This document shows positions 12,871-24,690 of a DNA stretch of 64,000 nt, piece after piece. The stretch is from Lama guanicoe (lineage: Eukaryota): contig MU054220.1 in assembly GCA_013239625.1 (NCBI GenBank), positions 3,659,374 to 3,723,373 of the forward strand, read 5' to 3'. The notes below the pieces were generated by a model. That model was not told the DNA's origin. It saw nothing but the letters and a program-made list of their open reading frames with translations, and did no database searches. The position numbers and the translations under genes are program-made. Position 1 is the stretch's first letter. The number at the start of each line of letters is the position of its first letter.

Positions 12871-14879
12871 CGGTTAGCATAGGTGATCGTAGCTGCATGG
12901 AAGAGGCAAAATGGAGATGGGTCCTCTTACTGCTCTCAGTATTAAAAACAACAACAACAACAAGATGATTCATGAATACAAAGCATTTTTACCGTGACTT
13001 TTCCACCTTGTGACATGGACTGGGCACTAGTAATGGGCCCATTTTCATCTGTGTAAACGGAGGCTCAGAGTAGTTAAAAGTCCTGCTGAAGTCCTCATGA
13101 CCTGGAGGGGACACACAGGCACTCTCTCCCTGCCTCAGGATCCCTTCTGACACCTACCTACTCGCCCTGTAAGCCTGGCTGGGGTCAGATGCTCTTCCCC
13201 GCCCTGGGACTGCGGGAGCAGCCAGGGAGAGTGGGCTTCTGTTTACTGCCTTGGGCTGAAAACTCATTTTAGCAATTGGCAAAACACAGGGAAGCTGCAG
13301 CTCAACACGCTTCGATTGGCAAATGCACACTGTGCCGTTCTCTTAATATAAGGATATAAAACAATAATTTATTCATACTCAGAAAGCAGAATGCTTCCTT
13401 CTGCCAGGTCTTTCTGCAACTCCTTCCTTCAGCCCCACCCCCACAAAGGAGCTCCCAGAATGCCCTGGGGGCGGGGAGAAAAGGGAGATCTATCCTGGGA
13501 GCTAGAATGGAGGGGTACACACATCATTGAGCACCTATTGTATACTGGTCCTTAACTATTTCTCATCCAATTGTCAAAATAATTCTGTAAAAGGGAGATT
13601 AGAACACAGGAGGCCTAGAGAGCAGGGTTTGAAGCCAGGCTCTGTCCCTTATCAGCTGGTGATTTGGGAGAGTTATCTACACAGTGGAGATGATGGCAGT
13701 GGCTACTTCTTCAGGACTGGCTGCAGAGTCTATGAAGTCGCCCAGTACAAAGTAAGTGCTCCATAATCACTAACTAGCATCATGAGACTGGGGGTGCCGT
13801 GATCCCTGTTTATCAATGGGGAAACAGGCCCAGAGAGGCTACAAATTTGCCCACGGCCACACAGCTGGGAGTTGGCATAGCCAAAGTCAGGGCAATAGAG
13901 TTCTAAAGAGCCAGCGTCTGGAGACGGTCACCAAGACGGTCATTAAATCCATCTGAGGGTTGCACCTCTCACCTCAAATACACCCAGTGTTAGGAGAGGC
14001 CTACTGTGTGCCAGCTTTGAGGGACAGCTCCGTGGGGATGAGCCAGAAACAGGCCACCATCCCAGAGCTAGTGGTCTAATGGGAGCAGACAGATAACAAT
14101 AGCTCCTGTAATGCAGTGTGTCAGGTGCAGTCACCAGGTACTCCTGGGGCTGGAAGAGACAGCCTCGAAGGCATCCTGGTACATGTGTGTTGGGATGAGA
14201 GATGTGCTGGGAACGGCCTCCCAGAAATGAGACTGCCTCGTGGAGGGAAGGAGGGCATTTCTGGCAGATGGCCCAGCCTGGGCAAAGGCCAGGAAGGCTG
14301 AAGCACTGGAGTGTTCCAGGCATGGCAAGGTTTGTTCTTAGGGTCTGGGTGCGGTGGGGAGTGTGGGGGCAGGGCCTAGTGTGCTGATCCCCACTCACCC
14401 AAACAGCCATAGCGGGTCCTTGGCACCATGTGCTCAGTGAACATCAGCATCATAGCTGCGGCACTGCCTGTGGGAATCCCGTTTCCTAATGGGGAGACCA
14501 TCCTATCCCCAGCATCCTGGCACTTGGACCCTAAATGGGGAAAGAGAGGCAATAATGGATCCACGATGGTTATAAAAACCCTTGGGGGTACCAGGGAAAA
14601 AACGTGGATTTTGGAGCTAACATATTCGCGGATTGGAATTCTTGGTGCATGAGCCAGCCCTTTTCTGGGCCTCAGGTCCCCATTTGTAAAACGGGCCACG
14701 TCAAAGAGGTTTGATATGCGAAGCACCGTTTTTGCACACGTAGTTTTGCCCAAGTGTTGTCTTTTTTCTCTCCCTCAACTCCAGGCGAGGGTGGAGGCAA
14801 GGACCGGAGGCCATGATGGGGTTGAGGAAGTCCTGGCTCAGCCTCCGGGGGTGCCTCGGGGACTGGGGATCTGCCCGGG

Positions 14880-15350
14880 GGTGGGGGGCCCTCGCCCAGG
14901 GCGGAGGGCTGCACTCAGCCGTGCAGGCGTTACGTAACTCGCGGCCGCGGGCTAAGGCGTGGGAGGAGGAGAGCGCGGGGTGAAGACTCCTCGGGAGGTG
15001 CTCCCTCCACCTGGCGCCCTGCAGGAGCAGCCACCCCGCCAGCGGCCGGCCGAGCCCCTCGCCCGACACGCGCGCGCGGCCGCGGACGCCCTGAGCCTCA
15101 GGCACGCCCGGCCCTCTGCTCCTCCTCGGAGCAATTACATAATATGCCTCCCGTATGGAGCGCGGCGGCGAGGCCGCCTTTGTTATTGCGATCCGCCTCG
15201 GCAGCGCCCTACGAGTATTAATAAACCGATCACTCAAAATGCCAGGCTGGGCTTTATTTATGTCGACTTGGGTTGGGGCATCTCCGAAGGAACAATAAAC
15301 ACGGCCCGCCTCCTCCCTGAGAAGGAGGGAAGCGGGTCCCCCGCACCCCG
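14880..15350. promoter_or_regulatory. Small orphan CpG island / candidate enhancer
   Basis: CpG-dense; GTTACGTAAC 14929-14938, ATTACATAAT 15134-15143, CTTTGTT 15178-15184, AACAATAAACA 15291-15301. Confidence 0.65.
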
Positions 15351-15576
15351 CATCCAGCCTCTCATCTCAGAGCCCCTCCCCCTCTCCACCCAGGTCAGCA
15401 GGCTGGTCCCAGGCAGGAACTGTGGGTTCCAGGCCCATCTCTTCCACTTCCCTGGTAGGTTATATCTGGCAAAGGGAGACTTGTTAACTCCCACCTGTAA
15501 AATGGGCCGAATGATACCAGAATGTCAGTTTAAATAAGAGCCTCTAGGAATTCAGTTTGTTTTGCAGACTCTCAGG

Positions 15577-15851
15577 CAATGGTTCCCGAACTTTAGCTGA
15601 AGTCAGAAAACACCGGAGAGCTGGTTGAAATTTAGATTGCTGGGGGTGGGGGGACGGGGAATGGTGTAGCTCAAGTGGTAGAGCACATGCTTAGCATGCA
15701 CAAGATCCGGGGTTCAATCCCCAGTACCTCCTCTAAAACTAAACAAATAAACCTAATTACTAGATTGCTGTCCGAGCAACACAATCCCTTCAAAATTTCT
15801 GATTCTTTGTTGTCTAAAGTGGGGCCAAGAATTTGCATTTCTAAAAGTTCC
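15577..15851 (+). mobile_element. MER5A-like hAT element split by the SINE
   Basis: caatggttcccgaactttagc...agattgctg | ...tttctgattc...gtggggccaagaatttgcatttcta. Confidence 0.7.
15643..15760 (+). mobile_element. tRNA-Ala-derived SINE (camelid Vic-1-like)
   Basis: A box (tagctcaagtgg), B box (ggttcaatccc), tail aaataaacctaattac; 10-bp TSD tagattgctg at 15633-15642 and 15761-15770. Confidence 0.88.
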
Positions 15852-17539
15852 TTTGTAATGTACGTAAATGTAAAGATGATGTTCTTGCCCCAAATTTGGA
15901 TGCCGCAGGAGGATCAGCCAGAGCCATCTGGGGCACTAGACCTGCAGATTCCAATCTGGACCTCACTGTCCTCTGGGTGTGGCTCTCTGGGGCAAGTTAT
16001 GTAAAATGGGCCTCAGTTTCCTCATCTATAAAATGGGCTTGATGGTACCAATTTATTAATGTTAAGATTAATACATGTAAAGCACCTAGACCTGGCTTGG
16101 CACATGGTAAGGGCTCAGAAAGCTATCTACTGAGATGATGATAGAGCTCTCTGGGGAGTGGTACCCAAGTGGCTTAGCATCTCCTTGGTCGGGAGCCAGG
16201 TGAGGTGCTGTCCATGGCCCTAGCTGGCCACCCAGGGTACAAGGCCCTGACCTCACAGCCCATAGTGCTGCTGTATGCTCTCACTCTAAAGGGGTTCTAG
16301 GGGTCTCCCAAGGTGAAGATCCACTACCTGCTCCACTCCTCCACCATAGCAATTCTTTCCTGGTGAAGGCATAGCACTTTCAGAGAGTCTACACCCAGTA
16401 GACATGACAGCTGTCCCCATGAGAGATAGTTCATACTCCATCCTGAGTTTTGGAAGCTGCCTCCTTTATACCGGCACAGATCAATGGGTGTCCTAGGCCC
16501 CTTGACAGCCCCTGCCTTGGCCCCAGCTGGTGGAAGCTGGCTTTCCCAAAGACAGCCACATGCACCTCCCTCTGCCCCGACTCAGTGCCATTTCCACGTG
16601 TTCATTCATGCACTGAGTCAATGAACATTAACTGAACACTTACTGAGAGCCAGGCTCTGAGCTCAGGGCTTACATGTTGCACCTCAATCAATCCTCCAGA
16701 TACCCTGGGCATCATCACGATTTTCCTCTTTCCTTTGACAGATCAAGAAACTGAGACTCAGAGAGGCTGAGTAACTCGACTAAGACCAGGGACCTAATTA
16801 AAAAAAGACTTGGGCCTTGACTAAGTCCAGGATGGTCTCAAGTCCTGCATTCACGCGCACCCTTGAGCTTACCCCACTGGAAGCAGGAAAGGGCTGGCTG
16901 TGGCCCTCTGGTCCTCAAGCTGTCACACACTCTTCCTTTAGAAGCTCTGAGCCTCACTGCTTCCGCCCCCGCACGAATGGGTTGTCTCTCCCACAGGTGA
17001 GGAGCTGCTTGACATTCTGCGGTCCTGGGCAACAGCAGCGGTGGGGATGATTCACTGGAGGAAAGGCATCGGCAGAGGAGCAGGTGGAGGGAAGGAGGCC
17101 TGGGCAGTCTCCACCCAACCCCCCGCACTGGAGGCAGGGGCCAGTCAGTGTGGGAAAGGCCTGTCTCAGAGTTCCTGGGCTCCCAGCTGCGCCTCCCAGT
17201 CCCCAAACCTGTGCTCAGCCTGGGCACGCCAGGAGTGGAGAGGAAAGGCCCAAAGGTCTTCGGAGGCAGGCTCACAGGGAAGGAAGCCCTAGAGGAAGTG
17301 CAGGGAACCAAGAAGCAGAACCAGCAGGAGTTACGAAAGCCCAGCCCCTCTGCCTCACTCCTGTGTCCTGGGACCCTGGCCCTCTGGGCCTGGGCCAAAA
17401 TGGTGCTCTTGGTGGAAGCTTCCACCAACCCCTGGCTTGACAAATCTCACCCTAGAGCTACTTTTTTACAGTTTACAAAAGCACCAGCTCCTCTGAGGCC
17501 CTCTCTCTCCCTCCCTCCTTCTTCTGGGCTTCCTACTAA

Positions 17540-17750
17540 TAATATCAGTAACAATAGTTTACTATGTGCCTGCCCTTTGTTAAGGGTTCAACCTGCATTC
17601 TCTCTATTAAATTCCCAATAACCCCTAGGAGGTAGGATGTACTATTATCCCCATTTTACAGGCCAGTAAAACTGAGGCTTAGAGACATGAAATCACTGGT
17701 CTATGACTAGGATTTGAACCCAGGTCATCAGCACCAAAACTCCCAGGCTC
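17540..17750 (-). mobile_element. MIR SINE
   Basis: attatccccattttacagg...aaactgaggcttagaga...ggatttgaacccaggtc. Confidence 0.65.
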
Positions 17751-19551
17751 AACCACAACGGGGTGTCTGACAACATCTTCTTCTACATGGCCCCCATCCC
17801 CAGGGAGGAGTCACTGGTGAGACCTATCCCCAGCCCCTAGCCCTGAAGACTAGGCCCAACCTGCACTCCCATGAGCCTCTCTCCATCTCTTGGGTGCCAA
17901 CACTAGTCCCACTGCGAGCATCCTTGAAATATTGCAGCTGCATTCTTCCCCAGGGAGTCACAATCCACAAGTGATTTCTAGCCACAGATACTGGCATTCC
18001 CTGTGCCCATGTCACCTTCCGACACCTACCTGCACAGGCGCACACACAGACACGCTCATGCACACTCACTCACTCACACACGGGCACAAAGGAGGTGCTG
18101 CCGCCCCTGGGGGCTGGGACCCAGGCAGATGGAGGCTCAGCTGCTCCCAGACTCCCATGGGAGGCTGGAGGGGAGCCACCCTCCCCCAGCCCAGCGGCTC
18201 TGGGCTCCACCCTCAACCCCATCCCTACCCTCCTTTGAGAGAAACATTTCACCACGATGAGAAACACAATAACAGTGGTAATCATAGAAATCAGCATTTC
18301 CAGTTTGCAAACCTCTTCCATCTCATCACCTCACATGACTCTCACCCAGCTCTGAGAAGCAGGTATTTTTATATTTCCATTTCTCAGGAGTAGCAGAGGT
18401 TCCCAGAGCTCATTAGGAGCAGAGCCAGGGTCCTAACCCCCTTCTCTGGCCCCCTCAGTTAACAATCCCTCTCAGGTAAATAATGATGACACCTCATGGC
18501 CACCACATGTCAACCACCTATTTTGCCTACATTTGGGGAGCACCTTACAAATGTCAGTTTTAAGCCACACAACAGTCCGGTGAGGTAAACTTTTTTTAAC
18601 GCCCAATGTAAAGATGATGTAACTCAGGAAAGTTAACGGCAGAATGGCAGTCTAAAGAATGTTCCTGAAGTAGAAGCACATCCCTTTAGAAAACTGTATA
18701 GGAAGGAAAAGAACCGAACTTCTAATGGGCTCCTTTGGGGAAGTGGATGTCGAAGGTAGTGGAGAATGTCCCTTCCTTCTCCTCAGGCCCCCCAGACACT
18801 TTGGCTGTTACTGTGAGCTGGTTCCATTGCTGCTCGACTATCTATGTACGTATCTGTCTCCTAGGAGCTGTGAGCTACCCAAGGACAGGGACTGGGTCCT
18901 ATTTACCTTGGAACCCTAGTAGCCAACACCTTGCCTGGCACACAGCCCAGTCAACACTGCCTCCTTTGTGAAGGACAGTGGGACAGCCTGTTCTCCCAGC
19001 CTCCCATCTGATGGGCTTCGGAAACCGAAAACACAAAATCAAGATATCCAGAGCTCAAAGTTTGTCTACATTAAACACCATCTAAGGTGTAAGCCCCTCC
19101 TCCAGCACCCTCATTAGCTCTTCCCTGGCTTCTGCTTGCATGCTGCTAGTGACGGGGTGCTCACTACTACTAAGGCAGCCCCTTCTGTGTTGGAGATCTT
19201 GGAGCGATTGCTATAAAGTTCCTCTTCCCACTGATAAAAGTCAGGCTCTCAGGTATATCCAGTGGTCACACATAGGGGAGCATTAGTAGTGTCTCCGAGT
19301 CAGGGGGAGCAGTCAGGGGTGGCACTGCACACTAGTGAGGCTGGGGCCCTCCCTTCAGCAACCCAGAGCTCTGCATGCCAGGAAGGCAGGAGTAACAAAT
19401 GAATTCATTACTTCCATTTGAGCCAGCTCTGCTAAGGTGGTGAGTTGGGACTCTGAGTTGTCACAAAGACGATCATTAAGCCCTGAGACCCAATCAGGTG
19501 GATCTTGGGTCTTCACCCAACACATCTAGGAACAATCGTGATCTGTAGTCA

Positions 19552-19594
19552 TATTCATTCACTCATTCATTCATTCACTCACTCATTCATTCAT
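19552..19594. repeat. (CATT/CACT)n tetranucleotide repeat
   Basis: Read directly; probably an L2 tail. Confidence 0.9.
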
Positions 19595-20576
19595 TATTGG
19601 CTATCACTGGCCAGGTGCTAGGCTGGGAGCAGGGAAGGGGGCACTATGGGCCACAGTGGTGTCACAGGATCAGAGCTGTTACCTTGGTAATCAGGACAGC
19701 TAACAGTCATTGAGTCCTTACTTTGAGCCAGGCACTACTTTGTTTACTTCCAAGTAAAGTGTCTAGCCTCTCCTCCCCAGTCCTAGGTCCAGTGAGGGCG
19801 ATGGGAGTCTGCTTGGGGTGCCAGCTCTTAGCACTTGGCACACAGTCAGTGGTCCGTAACTGAGAGCTATTGCCATTTAAATCTCCAGAACAACCACTGG
19901 TGATTCCTACTATTGGTTGCCTCCATTTGGTACACCGAGAAAACTAAACACTTAGAAGTTAAGTAATTGCTGAGTGCCACAGTCACCAGAAGGCTGAGCC
20001 AGAATTTGAACCTGGGTAGTCTATTTCTACAGCCAGCTAGATCAACTCTTAAGGAAATGGCGCAGAAAGAACTCAGACCTGGAGTGAAAATGCCCACCTA
20101 GCTAGAAGCCTGGGGAACCACTCACCTTTCTCTACCCCATTTGCTTATCTTGAGAAATGAAGCTTGTCATCAACCTTGCCTTCCTCTTCCCTCCACACCC
20201 TCTCTCCCTTTGTGACCATCAGCCGAGATAAAGAGACGCAGGCATTTTTCTAAGAAGGAGGATGGTGGGAGTTGGAGTGGGGGAACATGTTCCTGGTCAC
20301 ACGGGGTTGAAATGAGCTCAGAATCTGGAGGAGGGTGAGTGTTTGCTGTAGGAGTCTAGTTATTTTAGGCTGAAAGGTTCCCAGAGAGCCTCTAGGACCC
20401 CCAAACTCCACTCTCACCCCTCTTAGCTCCACAGGATCTGTGGACATAAAAGGTCTCACAGCTGTGCCTTGTCCCTCCTCCATGTGCCAGTGAGCCCCAG
20501 GTAAGATCTTTGTCCCCTGACAGCGCAATTTACAGCAAATGGCTGAGGCTGGATTTTAGGGTGGAGGACGTAGGAG

Positions 20577-20594
20577 GTGTGTGTGTGTGTGTGT
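20577..20594. repeat. (GT)n microsatellite upstream of the TP53I11 promoter
   Basis: Read directly. Confidence 0.9.
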
Positions 20595-20999
20595 ATGTTG
20601 GGGGCGGGTAGTGGTGTCACGTTATTTGACTAAGTCACACCAAGCAAGGGGGGGACTAGAACGGTGAACCTAGGCTGGAGGCCAGAAGGCTAAATGAAAT
20701 GAAACATTAATGACCACCATCTGCAAAACGGGATCAGTCATCCCAGCCTCTTAGGTTGTGAGAATCACATGAGTTAATACTTAAGCACTCGGTGCCTGGC
20801 ACGGAGCGGGTGCTTGGCGGGCCAGGCCCATTGTTGTGACTGTGTTATTACACACTTGGGTATCTACCAGCCAAAGCAGTCCTTTCCATTTCAGACACTG
20901 GCCTAGGCCCCAGGGGATACCCCAAGGATATTTAACACATGATGGTTTGCCAACCTATGGGGGTGTTGATAGTCTCACGAAAGGGGAGCAGTCTTGAGA

Positions 21000-22850
21000 A
21001 CTTGCCATGGAAGTCTTCCTGGGCGGGGAGGGGGGTGGCCCTCTGTTTGGATTCCCAATCGCCTTCCCCCGAGGCGTGAGCACGCCCCCCAAAGGCGATC
21101 TCCCGGAAATCCTCAGCTGGGGAGCCCGAAGCCCCAATCCCCCCAACCCCTTTCTCCCGCCCGCCCCGGCGGCCACCCTCGGGGGCGAGGCAGCCCGGCG
21201 CGTGGGAGGGGACGACGCGCCATTGGCTTGCGCGCAGAACTGAGAGGAGGGACCAGAGCGGGCCGCCAGACTCGGGCAAACCCCGGCCGCGCAGGGCGCC
21301 GCGCGCACTCCAGCCCGCCCTGCCCTACCCGGCGCGGGCGGCGCGATGTGAGGCGCCCGAGGGCCCGAGCGTCCCCCTGGCACGCCAGCTCCGCGCAGCG
21401 CCGGCGCCAGCAGGCGCTAGGAACGTAAGTTCTGCTCCCCGCCGCCGCTTCGGAGCCTCGCACTTTCCCTTCCCGCCGCCAGCCGGCCGGTGCCTGCGCA
21501 GCGCAGCCCAGCGGGGCTCCCACGGCCGCAGGGACCGCCGGGGACAGTGAGGACCCCATGCGCGCGAGCCGGGTGCCCTAGCACCTCTTGGCGCCAGCGG
21601 GTTCTGACCCGACCCCAGGGATCACCCCCTCCCTCGGCTCTCCCAGGCGCCGTCCCGAAGCCCCTTCTGGTCCTCTCCTTCGCGCTCTCCGCTCGCTGCC
21701 TTTTCCTCTGACTCGGTTTCCCTCTAACCCTCCGGCTTCTTCCCTCCGCCGTCTCCTCCCTCGTGGACTGTTTATTCCGCCCTCGGCCTTTCTCTCTCAG
21801 ACTCACGCTCTCCGCTTCGGAGCCGGGGAGAAACCGAGCGGAAAGCAGTTTCTCTCCCTGGGGTCTGACTCTGTCCCCGCGCTCGGTTCTCTGTCCCCTC
21901 CCCCCTCCATCCCTGCCCCTGTCCTCTCTCCATTGTTCCCGAGTCCGGGGAGTGTGCAGCACAAACTTGCGAGTCCTCTTCCTCGCCCCCGCTGGGTCGC
22001 GGATGGAGGTGGCGGAGTTCCCGCTGCCCACAGGTCTGGCCCGACCTTCTGGTTCAGGGGACCATGGAGGCAGGGTGCTGGGCCGGAGCATCCGGGGGCG
22101 CCCAACAGCCCGGATCTCCCCGCCTGGGGTCGCCAGCCCTCAGACCCGGGTCTCATAAAGTGGGTGGGTGTCTGGTGCTGGGAGATAAAGGACCCATCGA
22201 AAGGGGGAGGATAAAGACCAGGATACCCCAGTCTCCAGGCTGCAGGAGTAGGGGGAGCCGAAGCCGAAGCCACGCCTAAGCTCCAGTTGTTGGGGGGCGG
22301 TAGGGGGAATCACAGGTGGAGACCAACGCCCCTCACTCCCCCGGGTAGCTCGCTCAGCAGGACGGGGGCTGTGTGAGGCCATTGTCCTGGCGCTGAGTGG
22401 GCTGGGACTGCCCGCCTTGGGCGGTATACCCGCACCCACCCGGGGCTCCGTAGGGGAACCAGCGGAACGCCGCGCCCACCCGCGGCCCGCCCGGCGTGGT
22501 CCGGCGCTCGCTTCGCGTTCTCTCTCTCCGCCCTCCCCCGCCCCCACCCGGTCCTGGACTCCCGCCGCCTCCTCGAGGCTCGAGGGGGGAGCAGGTTTCT
22601 ATGCCGGAGTGGAAGGGGCGGAGGCGGAGCCGGGAGGAGGCCGAGAACCCCAAGGCTTTTCCAAAGCCCAGCGCTGACGACCAAGGCCGCCTCGCCGCCC
22701 CACCGCCGCACACTTCCTGGTTGATTTCCTTGACAAACTTTTCCTGGTGGGGCAGTCCTGCGGGAAGAAGGCACCCGGGCTGCAGGGATGCCCACACCAA
22801 CGGAGCGGCCTCTTGGACCTCCAGCCCTGGCTGCCTGTGGAGGGGGTGCC
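21000..22850. promoter_or_regulatory. CpG island / TP53I11 promoter
   Basis: Very high GC and CpG density; GC boxes; CCAAT; ETS-like ACTTCCTG near 22712; upstream of the TP53I11 coding exons. Confidence 0.88.
21300..21424 (+). other. TP53I11: Probable non-coding first exon of TP53I11 (5' boundary approximate)
   Basis: Inside the CpG island, downstream of an inverted CCAAT (ATTGG 21222-21226) and GC-box-like sequence; ends at donor AAC|GTAAGT (GT at 21425). Confidence 0.7.
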
Positions 22851-22949
22851 AATACCCTTTCTTCCTGCAGCCCTCAGAATCCCAGGGACACGGGGCGGTT
22901 GGGGATTTTGGGGGGACATGGGAGGGAGGTGAGATGGGTTGTTGGAGAC

Positions 22950-22965
22950 CCAGGAGGGGGCAGTG
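22950..22965 (+). promoter_or_regulatory. Weaker CTCF motif (forward)
   Basis: CCAGGAGGGGGCAGTG, one core mismatch, at the downstream edge of the CpG island. Confidence 0.4.
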
Positions 22966-23489
22966 TCCATTCTTTAGCCTAGACTCACATTCAGCCCAGG
23001 GGGAGAAAAGAGTTTTCTTGTTGAGTTGTTAGTAAATAAAGACTGCGTTTTCCCCAGGCCCCTGTTATCCCATCTGTAAAATGGGCCCTCCCCCCAGGTT
23101 CCCTCCCAGCCCAGTGTCCTGGGAACTAGCCGCCCTGACTTCTCCTTTTCTGCCCACATGCTGTCAGCTTAATCGATCCTTCTAAATTTGGAATGAAGGG
23201 CTGAGGCCCAAAGCCCTCCGCCCACATTTGGCTGTCAACACCTGCTGGATTCACAACTCAGACCTGTTCTTCGCAGGGCCCTGTCCCCAGGTCCCTGTCC
23301 CCAGGTCACCCCACCCCCAACCCAGCTTCTCCAACTCCACACTCAGCTGCCTCCCCTCCTCCAGGATTTTATGGTAGCCCCCCCTCAGTCTGCTGGAGAC
23401 GGACTTGCCCCTCCTGGGGTTGGCGATGAGAGGAGTGGAATTAACAGTGTCCCGAGATATTCACACAGCCCTGGACTGTTCTTTACTTT

Positions 23490-23960
23490 CACTTATTGAA
23501 CAAGGTGTGATGACCAGGCCAAAAATGATTTAATGAACAAAATGCCAAATACAGTTCCAGGTACTGGGAGACAGCATTGAACAAAATAAAAAGATTCTTG
23601 CCCTCAGTGGAGCAGTCACTTAAGGATGGGGAGAGGCAAATAATTAATAAAGTAAATAAGCAAATTATATAGTGTACTGGGAGGTGAGGGGGAAAAGTTG
23701 AGTGTTGGAGGGTGTTGAGGCCAGGGGTAGGGTTGCCATTTTGAGTGTTGGAGGATGGTCTGGGAGTTCTCCCTGAGGAGGTGACTTTCAAGCTAAGGTT
23801 TTGAGGGAGTGAGCTATGAGGACTAAAGATCCCACAGAGAACAGTGCAAAGGCCCTGGGGCTGGGGTGTGCCTGCTGTATTTGAGGAACTGTAAGGGGCC
23901 AGTGCAGCTAGGGTGGAGTGAAGGGGTGGGGAAGAGATAGGAGACAAGGCTGGCAGAGAA
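23490..23960 (-). mobile_element. LINE-2 fragment
   Basis: gtactgggagacagcattgaacaaa...cttgccctcagtggag...gaacagtgcaaaggccctggggctgg. Confidence 0.7.
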
Positions 23961-24459
23961 GGAATAATCCTCCCCATTTCACAGATAGGGGAAATGATGC
24001 TCACAGATGACATATAAGTCACCCCAGGACCAGCCACCCAGGAGTGGCAGCTGCAGGGTGGGGTGTCTTATGTTCTGACTCCTAGCCCTTGATACTTTCC
24101 CTTCATCCTGCGTCTCGACCATTTATCCACAGCACTGGTTGTGCCCCTCCCAGGGCCAGGCCTGGCTGAGTGCTGGGGATCTGAGGGAAGCTACCCAGGG
24201 ACGAAGGGACTCCATATTCTGCAAACTGTTGCTGTCGCCCTCCCCAGTTCTCCCTGCCCACCTGTCAGGAAGCAGCATCTTCCTACTGAGCCAGAGTGAC
24301 CCTGTTCTTTCTCTTCCCATTTCCTTCCTGTGGCCACCCCCTTGTAAGCATCCCACTCTGTATCCACATGTAGCCCTGGAAAGGGGCCTGTTCTGAAGCT
24401 CAAATGGTCAAAGGGGAAACTGAGGCAAAGAAGTTGAGTTTCCTAGTCTGAAAATAATA

Positions 24460-24690
24460 GCACCATTATTTTTGAGTGTCTGCTATAAACAGGTACTTAT
24501 TCTAGGTGTTTTTTTTTTTTTGCGCATCTTACCTGTGGGAGGTGGGTGTCATTATTACACCCATTTAACAGATGAGGAAACTGAGGCCCAGAGAGGTGAT
24601 ATCATGGGCCCAAGTCCAGGTAGTTAATAATTGGTGGAGCCAAGATAACAGCAGAGGTCTTTTGAGACATGACTCACTCCTTTAGCCACT
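24460..24690 (-). mobile_element. MIR SINE
   Basis: cccatttaacagatgaggaaactgaggcccagagagg core. Confidence 0.7.

Noticed and set aside
15655..15732. tRNA-Ala-like gene (also 9719-9795 on -)
   Set aside because: Flanked by TSDs, has a SINE-type tail and a degenerate cloverleaf: a tRNA-derived SINE, not a tRNA gene
20932..23032. Long overlapping ORFs up to 224 aa on both strands (also 14701-15537)
   Set aside because: Pro/Arg/Gly/Ala-rich translations of CpG-island DNA that is poor in stop codons; no recognisable family
23279..23306. 14-bp tandem duplication ccctgtccccaggt x2 (also a 19-bp one at 45354-45391)
   Set aside because: Two-copy slippage duplications with no spacers; not CRISPR-like and no evident function
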